A DNA stretch of 64,000 bases. Source: a virus (taxonomy: Duplodnaviria > Caudoviricetes). The stretch spans positions 603 to 64,602 of the IMG/VR virus record IMGVR_UViG_3300020048_000135; one strand, written 5' to 3'. Positions 57,289 through 64,000 of this stretch are shown piece after piece (position 1 is the stretch's first letter; the number at the start of each line of letters is the position of its first letter). The translations under genes were made by a program, and so were the position numbers. Under the pieces are notes generated by a model that was not told the DNA's origin, did no database searches, and worked only from the letters and a program-made list of their open reading frames with translations.

Positions 57289-57899
57289 TAATTTATCAAT
57301 TCCCATTTATAAATAGAATTTAAAGTTCTAAATGTGTTATCATCAATTATCTCAGTAACAATGGAAGTACTCCAATAACTCATTTGGGGAAACCTCATTC
57401 CAAGCATAGGGACAATTCCTTCCTCTATTTCTAATTGCTTTTCAAAACCCACATCAATATTATTAGGGTGTCTTGCGTCTGGCAATTCTTCTAATTTAGT
57501 TATTTTTATTAACATTTTCTTTTTTAATTTTAAAATTTTCTCAAAAAGTCCATTTATATCTTCGTAAAAAGCTATCTCATTAAAAAAATCTTCTGTATCA
57601 TTACAAACCCAAACTAATCTTCTAGGAGAAAATAACTTCTCTTGTTTAATTAATATGTTTGTCTTTTTAAAAATAAAATCTATAGCCTGCTGTTTAAGTG
57701 GGGCTAATATAGTATTAGCTGTTTGATTATGTAATTCTAATCTATTCTTATCTATAAGTACGTTTGAAACTAGTACAGGTTTTAAATCATCTATTCCATG
57801 TTTCCAAAAAGCAAAAGACGGCTCATTATAACCAATATCTTTTAAAGCTTTCGAAGTCGTGTAATTTACAAAATTACTAAATATTTCTTCTTTATTCAT
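57288..57899 (-). CDS. Paralog family A domain fused to a second small domain
   Basis: FVNY...ALKDIGYNE...APLKQQAIDFI followed in frame by MLIKITKL... Confidence 0.6.
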   Translation of the reverse strand: MNKEEIFSNFVNYTTSKALKDIGYNEPSFAFWKHGIDDLKPVLVSNVLIDKNRLELHNQTANTILAPLKQQAIDFIFKKTNILIKQEKLFSPRRLVWVCNDTEDFFNEIAFYEDINGLFEKILKLKKKMLIKITKLEELPDARHPNNIDVGFEKQLEIEEGIVPMLGMRFPQMSYWSTSIVTEIIDDNTFRTLNSIYKWELIN

Positions 57900-57914
57900 A
57901 ACTTATTAAGTTAG

Positions 57915-57987
57915 TCGAAGTAGAGGGACTCGAACCCTCACTTTACAGATTAGAAATCTGTTACTTTATCCATTAAGTTATACTTCA
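57915..57987 (-). tRNA. trnR: tRNA-Arg(UCU)
   Basis: Cloverleaf: acceptor TGAAGTA/TACTTCG, D arm ACTT-AATGGATA-AAGT, anticodon arm ACAGA-TT TCT AA-TCTGT, T arm GAGGG-TTCGAGT-CCCTC. Arg identity base A20 is present; CCA is not encoded. Confidence 0.93.
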
Positions 57988-58006
57988 ATACCTTTAGAGG
58001 AATTCT

Positions 58007-58792
58007 CTAAAATATAGTTTTTCTTGCAACTAATATATCTTTAATATTGTTTATGAGATCGTCAATTGTGCCATTATTATCAATAACATAATCAAATGTA
58101 TAATCATCTAATGCTGTTTCAGATTTATGTTCTTTAGGATATTCATGAAAACCATCAATATCAAATTTAGACCATTTTTCAATTTCAGACTTTCTATTAA
58201 TTCTAATTACTATACCATTACGATCTAGTATACCATTAGCTTCATTAGGGAATCGTACATCAGTAATAATCCAACTAGGATATTCAGGATTTTTTATACC
58301 TTGACGTACACTAAAGTTAACAGCATGGAAATTATTATCATATTTACTAAATAAAGCATTAACCCAAGTATTACTATGTAATTGATTCCGAAATAAATCA
58401 GTACCAACATATTGTAATAATTCACGATATGTCATTACATCACCAGTATCAATACTATTTAATCTTTTTCCTACAGTTATGTGATTACCATGATCATCTA
58501 ATTTAGTCCATTCATCACCCAATTTACTATTTTTAAAGGTAATATCTTCTAACTGTTCTCTTGTACAACCAGTTAAAATACATACTATATCTTTAAGAGC
58601 ATCAGCAAACTTTTTTATTTCCCATTTGGAAGCAGTTACATCATAACCAACATTGATATTAATATACTCTTCCATCCATTGTTGGAAAATAAGACCATCT
58701 CTTTTTGCATACTCATCAGTTAAATATTGTATTATTAAACCTGCAGTATCCTTTCCACTTCCAATTTTACCACTTATTCCAATTATTGCCAT
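58007..58792 (-). CDS. Deoxynucleoside monophosphate kinase (T4 gp1-like)
   Basis: GISGKIGSGKDT, KFADALK, RELLQYVGT, ITDVRFPNE and SETALD. Confidence 0.9.
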   Translation of the reverse strand: MAIIGISGKIGSGKDTAGLIIQYLTDEYAKRDGLIFQQWMEEYININVGYDVTASKWEIKKFADALKDIVCILTGCTREQLEDITFKNSKLGDEWTKLDDHGNHITVGKRLNSIDTGDVMTYRELLQYVGTDLFRNQLHSNTWVNALFSKYDNNFHAVNFSVRQGIKNPEYPSWIITDVRFPNEANGILDRNGIVIRINRKSEIEKWSKFDIDGFHEYPKEHKSETALDDYTFDYVIDNNGTIDDLINNIKDILVARKTIF

Positions 58793-58799
58793 ATATTCA

Positions 58800-58839
58800 G
58801 TATAAAACGTCAGGCATAAAATTATTACACCTGACGTTA
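58800..58839 (-). terminator. Intrinsic terminator / long hairpin after the ligase gene
   Basis: Minus-strand stem AACGUCAGGUGUAA / UUAUGCCUGACGUU followed by UUAU. Confidence 0.65.
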
Positions 58840-58845
58840 AATCAA

Positions 58846-60015
58846 TTAATCGGTTCTAACATTTTGAAATACAGTTTGTAAAGGAATTCCTTCTTTTGAA
58901 TATTCAAAGAATTTAACAGTCCCTTTCTTCCCTATAATATCATCCATATTATCTAAATAGTAGGCTTTTAATGCCCTATTACCAATAGGCTTTGCTTCAA
59001 ATAATTTACCAGTTACAGTTTGGCAGATGAATACAAAATCCTCATCTCTTAGACCTTCTGAAAAATCAACTATTTCAAACTCATCATCTTGATACATTTT
59101 TACTTTAATCATATCAGAACCTCTTTTTCCAAATTGGTATTCTTTATCAGGCTTTCTAGCAACTAAGCCTTCAAAACCTTCTTCTACCCATTTATTATGA
59201 AGATCTTCAATTTCTTCCCAACTTTTAGTAGGAATATGTTCTAATACTTTTATTTTCAAAGAACCTTTAAATATTTCAGCAATTTCTTTTAAAATCTTTA
59301 AACGATCTTCAAAGACCATACCTGGAATTGCTAAATCATAAATCCAATATTCAAGCATTTCACATCTTGGAGACCAAGTTTCTAGTCTTGCAATACCAGA
59401 AATTTCTTGCAAATAATGTCCATGAGCATATAACTCTCCGTCCAAAGTATAATCAGGATGTTCCATTAAAAAGTCAGACAATTCTTCTGTAATTTTTGCA
59501 GCAGCAACATCATAATTTTTACCTCCCCTACTTACAGTGATAGCATGTTCTACTGGAATACTCCATTTAGTTAACATTCTAACACCGTTTAGTTTACTGG
59601 AACAGTACATAAGTTTTTGTAAAACTGAATTCTGTACTTTGTCAGAAGATTTAGCCAACATTGGTTTTAAATTACCAGATTGGTCGCTTTTAACACTAGG
59701 AACCAACGTATCTAATTCATCACTAGTTATGGAATCAAACTTTTTCTTAGTTAAAGAATCTAATCTTTTATATCCTTTATCTAAGTATTTGCTTAATACA
59801 CTATTAAACTCAAGTTCGGTTTGTTGTAATACTGATCTTTTAGCTTTTCCTTTTTCAATAATTAATTCTGGTTGCTTAGTCATTTTACCTTGATATTGAC
59901 CTGTATACCTATTAATTATAAAAGAATTACCTTCCTGACTCAACATTACATTAACAACTTGTATTTTATCCCTAGCATTTCTAGATACTAAAATTATGTC
60001 ATTAATTACAATCAT
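58846..60015 (-). CDS. ATP-dependent DNA ligase
   Basis: KPMLA, motif I KLNGVR, LDGELY, EGLVAR and KVK, with a C-terminal OB-fold. Confidence 0.88.
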   Translation of the reverse strand: MIVINDIILVSRNARDKIQVVNVMLSQEGNSFIINRYTGQYQGKMTKQPELIIEKGKAKRSVLQQTELEFNSVLSKYLDKGYKRLDSLTKKKFDSITSDELDTLVPSVKSDQSGNLKPMLAKSSDKVQNSVLQKLMYCSSKLNGVRMLTKWSIPVEHAITVSRGGKNYDVAAAKITEELSDFLMEHPDYTLDGELYAHGHYLQEISGIARLETWSPRCEMLEYWIYDLAIPGMVFEDRLKILKEIAEIFKGSLKIKVLEHIPTKSWEEIEDLHNKWVEEGFEGLVARKPDKEYQFGKRGSDMIKVKMYQDDEFEIVDFSEGLRDEDFVFICQTVTGKLFEAKPIGNRALKAYYLDNMDDIIGKKGTVKFFEYSKEGIPLQTVFQNVRTD

Positions 60016-60377
60016 TATGCAGTAAAAAGATAAAGATTACCAGTGAGGGTAGTTACGAACTCATATTCTTTAACATCATTTTCATCTCTTCCCTCAATTA
60101 CATTAGCAACTAACTCATTCATACTATCTTTAAGAATAGAAACTAATTCAGTATATTGTGGGCTATTTCTATAACAACTATGAAAAAAGTCATCAAGCTC
60201 TTCTGTAGCTTCATTTTTTAATAGTTCTCTAACTTCATCATAAGTAAATAATGAATATGTAGTATCTTCTACATAGAATTCACTAGAATCTTGATGGTCA
60301 AAATATTCTAAAATAAGATCGTCTTTTACAGACTGATCAAGTGTTAAATAATCCAATAAAATTTGTAAATTTGTCAT
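60015..60377 (-). CDS. Acidic hypothetical protein
   Basis: ATG 60377 preferred; TAATG overlap with the ligase. Confidence 0.6.
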   Translation of the reverse strand: MTNLQILLDYLTLDQSVKDDLILEYFDHQDSSEFYVEDTTYSLFTYDEVRELLKNEATEELDDFFHSCYRNSPQYTELVSILKDSMNELVANVIEGRDENDVKEYEFVTTLTGNLYLFTA

Positions 60378-60381
60378 TTCT

Positions 60382-60573
60382 TTATACTCCTGTACTTCCA
60401 AATCCGCCTAAACCCCTTACAGTATCTTCAAGTTCATTGACATTTTCACAAACATGCCATTCTATCTTTTCAGTTTTTATTAGAACTGCTTGAGCAATTC
60501 TATCACCTTGAGAAATAACAAAAGTTTCCTCACCTGTATTCATAATAATTACACCCCAAGAATTACGATAATC
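60382..60573 (-). CDS. dut: dUTPase, exon 2
   Basis: DYRNSWGVIIMN...GDRIAQAV...RGLGGFGSTG (motifs III-V). Confidence 0.9.
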   Translation of the reverse strand, partial: DYRNSWGVIIMNTGEETFVISQGDRIAQAVLIKTEKIEWHVCENVNELEDTVRGLGGFGSTGV

Positions 60574-60637
60574 CAATTTGTTGTCGTATAAGCTCTTTAT
60601 CTTATACTTCTGTAATTTCATTTGTTATATTTACAGT

Positions 60638-61387
60638 TCAGACTATATCATCACTTCCACCGACTGTGGAAGGCAAGGCGCTCGTGTTGACATTACTATC
60701 CTCAGCATTACCTGTTTGGATTCGGTCATTAGTCGTTGAACCTTCAAAAGTATTACTACTTAAGATTGGCTGCTGATTGTCTACTTCTAGATTTTCCAGC
60801 AATTCACCTTGTTTTAAGACGCCAATTATTTTATTATGTAAAGAAGTGTGTTCACTTCTAGTTAAAATTTGTAAATTCTCTAACCTATTATCTGTTTTTA
60901 CTTCGTTTATATGATGAATATCATATATTTCTTTTAAAACATAAAAATTATCTACTAATTCAAAATAATTTTTATCAAATAAGTTATAATTCTTTTCAAT
61001 AATTAATCTATGCTGTCTAATTCTACCATCTTCTCCAGATTTTGGATGATTTGGACAATATTCATAAATATAATTATTATGGAAAGTTTCAAGTCCTTTA
61101 TACGAACTATTTAACTCTCCTTTTAATCCGAATTGATGATTTTTCTCGCCTTTCATATAATCTGCTTTTAATAAATTTGCACATTCCATAGAACAAGTTA
61201 TATCATTTTTTACTCTTTTTAATCTAGAAGGTTTTAAATACATTTTAACTCCACATACTGCACATTCACAATTTGAGGGTTTGTTAAATTTCTGCCATTC
61301 TTCATAACATTTATATGAACAAAATTTAGCAGGAAATTTTTTTGTATCTATTACATAATCTTCTTTTTCACAAATTTCACATTTCAT
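60638..61387 (-). CDS. Intron-encoded HNH homing endonuclease with N-terminal Zn-binding repeats
   Basis: CxxC/CSxxC repeats, then QHRLIIEK...IHHINEVKTDNRLENLQIL..SEH..LH. The reading frame runs on into the ribozyme core. Confidence 0.88.
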   Translation of the reverse strand: MKCEICEKEDYVIDTKKFPAKFCSYKCYEEWQKFNKPSNCECAVCGVKMYLKPSRLKRVKNDITCSMECANLLKADYMKGEKNHQFGLKGELNSSYKGLETFHNNYIYEYCPNHPKSGEDGRIRQHRLIIEKNYNLFDKNYFELVDNFYVLKEIYDIHHINEVKTDNRLENLQILTRSEHTSLHNKIIGVLKQGELLENLEVDNQQPILSSNTFEGSTTNDRIQTGNAEDSNVNTSALPSTVGGSDDIV

Positions 61388-61416
61388 AATTTTTTTTATT
61401 TAAATTTTTAACTCTG

Positions 61417-61424
61417 CAAAGTTA
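61417..61424 (-). promoter_or_regulatory. Bacteroidota-type -7 promoter element upstream of the HNH gene
   Basis: TAACTTTG matches TAnnTTTG about 30 nt upstream of ATG 61387. It sits in an inverted repeat. No clear -33 TTTG. Confidence 0.4.
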
Positions 61425-61490
61425 AGAATTTTTTATTTATGAAAACTATAAAATGTGAGATTTTTAATATTTATCCTGGAACTATTATTT

Positions 61491-61799
61491 AGCGTCTATA
61501 GTACCAGGACTATTTAAAACTGTGACCCCATTCTTTAAAGCTAAACCACTTCTTGGTCTTATTTGAATTTCATACCCTTCTGGTATTGCAGTATATAAAT
61601 TAGTAGGAATTAAAGCCCTACCTCCGCCAAATAAATATAATTTATTTTCTGATTCATCATATTTAGCCCAAGAAAAAAACTTACTATTTAATCCTTTTGA
61701 AAAATCAGCTTGTAAATCTACTCCAGAAGATCCTGGAGTAGCGTAATTTGGTAATAGATTATTAGAATTGTTAACTACACTAACTATCATGGTTTTCAT
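61491..61799 (-). CDS. dut: dUTPase, exon 1
   Basis: [19 protein letters not shown] and NSPGTIDA (motifs I-III); 166 aa after splicing. Confidence 0.9.
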
Positions 61800-61968
61800 T
61801 ATTTAAAATATTAAACCAATCAGAAAAATCTCTTTTGTTTAACATATTAAGTGCTTTATCTAAATCTTCAGTATTGGGATAAAGATTTGAATATAAAACT
61901 TTACGAGCTTCTGAAACCATATAAGCTCCAAAAGATTCTAAATCTTCCCCAGTAAAAAACATCACCAT
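61780..61968 (-). CDS. Small hypothetical protein
   Basis: ORF ending in TAG, overlapping the dut start. Confidence 0.55.
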   Translation of the reverse strand: MVMFFTGEDLESFGAYMVSEARKVLYSNLYPNTEDLDKALNMLNKRDFSDWFNILNNENHDS

Positions 61969-62023
61969 TATAAATTTATTTAAACATTACTTATGAGAAA
62001 CTTTGTGCTTCTCATTAAATCTA

Positions 62024-64000
62024 TTATCCGCACTTACTTGTGCCACAATCTCTACATACCATGCATCCACCTTGATAAATAATCTTATGGCTTCCGCAAG
62101 ATTCACATTGTTCTCCATGAACTAATGTTCCATCTGGTACATAATCTTTTAAAGATCTTATTAATCCGGCTTTCCAAGTATTCATACCTTTATTAGTGAA
62201 ACTAAGACCTTCAACGATCTTAATTACTTGGTCCATCGGAGTATTTTGCCTAAATAAGGCAGATACAAATCGTGCATAATTCCAATACTCCTTATCAAAA
62301 ATTCTAGATAATCCGCCAAGGGTATTAGTATAGCCATATGAATCAATATATCTAAAATCGTACCTAGAAGTTCCATCATTTTGCTTTACTTTAATAATAA
62401 TACCATCTTCCAAAGTAGAAGGTATTGGAAATACGTCAATATCTTTAGGTCCGGTAAATATCTCATATGGATTTCCATCTAAGATACCTATAAAAGCTAC
62501 CCACTCTTTTCTATCATTCTTAAACTGTTTTACTTTACAGAATAATTCAGTAGGTCTTACTTTGTTTTTCTTTTCTACTTCAGCAGATTTAACTAAAATA
62601 CCACTTCTAGAACCATCTCTATATATTGTAATACCTTTCAAATTATGTTTATGAGCAGTATTATAAATAATAGAAACAGTTTCTTTTGAAACATTATTAG
62701 GTAAATTAACAGTAGAACTTATACTATGAGTAGTATATTTTTGTAAAGTTGACTGAACTTTTACTCTATCTTCAGACATAAGATCTTCAGCAGTATTTAA
62801 ATGCCAAGGGGATAATTCAACTAATTCCTTTAAATTCTCTTCAGACATATTTTCTATATTACTGCCTTCTCCATCAACATAAGTTTCATACCATTTTTTG
62901 AAAGATCCATGAACTACATTATAGTTTTTGAATCCAATACCATTTTGGTCAACAAAGTCTGGAGCTTCTCCGGAATTACATTTTTTCCTTCTTACATAGA
63001 ATAAACTAAAAACAGGCTCACAACCAGAACTGGTTCCAGCCATTATACTTATAGTTCCTGTAGGAGCAATAGTACTCCAAGAAATATTTCTTCTGCCATA
63101 CAATATCATCCTAGAACATTCTTCAGGGAATATATCTACTAATTCAGAAAAGAATTTATTCTTTCCATCATATAAAGGCATTCTTCCAGTATAAGGATCA
63201 ATAACATCTCCTTCAAAATGATATTCTTTTGTAATATCATGTGCAGGAAAAGGGCCATTAAGAATAGCTAAGTCAATGGAAGCATTTAATTCAGCTTTCA
63301 TTTTCAGCTTCATAATTTGGTCTATAGTTTCCAGATCATTATAATCTTTTCCTAAAGCTGCTAACATATCACCAAGACCAGTGATGCCTACTCCAGTTCT
63401 ACGACCTTCTTCTCCAATATTATAAATATTTTGCCAAAGTTCTCTTTCTGAACCTGTAGTTGCAGCAATTATTTTATTAACTGCTTCTAATTCTAAATCA
63501 ACTAGAATGTCTCCTATAATTTGGGCTTCATAAAATACTTTATAAGCCTTATCAAGGTCTATACTAGCATTAGATTTAAATTGATTTTTCACCAAATTAA
63601 ATAAATTGGATGCAATTAATCTGCAGGAATCAAATGCACTAAGAGGGATCTCTCCGCAAGGATTTGTAGATATAGCTCTAAATTTAGGATATACACTTGC
63701 AGGGTCATTATCAATTATATTGTCCCAAAATAATATACCAGGTTCTGCAGAAGTCCAAGCACAATGAATTATAGATTCCCATAATTCCTTTGCTCTTATC
63801 TTTTTAAAATATACTTTAATTGGCTCTTGACTAAGATCAGAACTAGTATAAAATAAACTTTCTACTAATTTATTATAGTCGAGATCTTCTGCCTTCATCA
63901 ACTTACTTTTATCAAAATCACAAGGCCATCTTAAGATATAATCTTCATCATTTCTAGCAGCTTCCATAAATTCTCCATTGAGTCTTACAGAAATATTAGC
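62024..64000 (-). CDS. nrdJ: Class II (B12-dependent) ribonucleotide reductase; 5' end lies beyond the window
   Basis: ANISVR..EFM, EPGILF, TNPCGEIPL, TIAPTGTIS, TSSGCEP, SISSTVNLP and a C-terminal Zn-finger. The frame is open to the window edge. Confidence 0.9.
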   Translation of the reverse strand, partial: ANISVRLNGEFMEAARNDEDYILRWPCDFDKSKLMKAEDLDYNKLVESLFYTSSDLSQEPIKVYFKKIRAKELWESIIHCAWTSAEPGILFWDNIIDNDPASVYPKFRAISTNPCGEIPLSAFDSCRLIASNLFNLVKNQFKSNASIDLDKAYKVFYEAQIIGDILVDLELEAVNKIIAATTGSERELWQNIYNIGEEGRRTGVGITGLGDMLAALGKDYNDLETIDQIMKLKMKAELNASIDLAILNGPFPAHDITKEYHFEGDVIDPYTGRMPLYDGKNKFFSELVDIFPEECSRMILYGRRNISWSTIAPTGTISIMAGTSSGCEPVFSLFYVRRKKCNSGEAPDFVDQNGIGFKNYNVVHGSFKKWYETYVDGEGSNIENMSEENLKELVELSPWHLNTAEDLMSEDRVKVQSTLQKYTTHSISSTVNLPNNVSKETVSIIYNTAHKHNLKGITIYRDGSRSGILVKSAEVEKKNKVRPTELFCKVKQFKNDRKEWVAFIGILDGNPYEIFTGPKDIDVFPIPSTLEDGIIIKVKQNDGTSRYDFRYIDSYGYTNTLGGLSRIFDKEYWNYARFVSALFRQNTPMDQVIKIVEGLSFTNKGMNTWKAGLIRSLKDYVPDGTLVHGEQCESCGSHKIIYQGGCMVCRDCGTSKCG

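Larger units (their letters stand above)
60574..61490 (-). mobile_element. Group I intron in the dUTPase gene (about 917 nt)
   Basis: Core elements P AATTGCTGGAA (60794-60804), Q AATCAGCAG (60770-60778), R GGTTCAACGACTA (60730-60742), S GATATAGTCT (60640-60649). The 5' exon ends in U and the intron ends in G. Splicing restores GTID-A-DYR in frame. Confidence 0.88.

Noticed and set aside
57915-57987. The tRNA as the opal suppressor
   Set aside because: The anticodon loop is TT-TCT-AA, so the anticodon is UCU (Arg, AGA), not UCA. No suppressor tRNA or release factor was seen in this window.
39494-59893. Plus-strand and alternative-frame ORFs inside the early module (e.g. 39494, 39822, 40193, 46074, 47100, 49354, 49523, 49554, 52392, 55163, 55716, 56026, 59537)
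   Set aside because: They fully overlap better-supported minus-strand genes and have no recognisable features.
60574-61490. Intein in dUTPase
   Set aside because: Exon 1 is followed by a stop codon, there are no intein terminal residues, and group I P/Q/R/S elements are present.
61993-62015. ATGAGAA/TTCTCAT hairpin after nrdJ as a terminator
   Set aside because: AT-rich stem without a following U-tract on the minus strand; more likely a stabilising hairpin or chance.
1-64000. CRISPR array, rRNA, integrase or IS element
   Set aside because: No regularly spaced repeats, rRNA-like sequence or recombinase/transposase motifs were seen.

Overview
A 64-kb segment of an AT-rich crAss-like (Crassvirales-type) phage genome, probably infecting Bacteroidota. 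It has two convergent modules that meet at a bidirectional terminator near 38.4 kb. (1) + strand, 1-38395: the virion/late module. The ORF track shows it as dozens of fragments, but TGA is read as Trp here (about 80 in-frame TGA by manual count; it restores DUF192 F-W-MK and ferritin-like HIFH-W-Q). Read this way it is 11 intact genes. In order: the C-terminus of a tail stabilisation/muzzle-like protein, a cargo-like protein, a ferritin-like protein, a zincin protein, DUF192, a small Q/P-rich protein, 1498-aa and 642-aa proteins, and four giant proteins. The four giants are 3020 aa (SF1 helicase domain), 3138 aa (virion RNA polymerase, GSDFDIDK), 1240 aa (zincin HExxH) and 1545 aa (PD-(D/E)xK nuclease). 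(2) - strand, 38445-64000: an early/replication module that reads intact in the standard code. It encodes a tail-type lysozyme, metallophosphoesterase, MazG-like protein, ThyX, DHH phosphoesterase, many small paralogous ORFs, an RNA ligase, a Thg1-like protein, tRNA-Arg(UCU), dNMP kinase, DNA ligase, a dUTPase split by an HNH-encoding group I intron, and a class II ribonucleotide reductase. Three observations stand out. First, the only six cysteines in the 8,943 aa of the four giant proteins all sit at their adjoining termini, suggesting a head-to-tail linked ejected enzyme chain. Second, a K-[FY]-Q-x-G-G-like peptide recurs across the upstream virion genes. Third, an unannotated three-way-junction/pseudoknot RNA candidate lies at 52631-52716. 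All family assignments come from motif recognition by eye, not from database searches.
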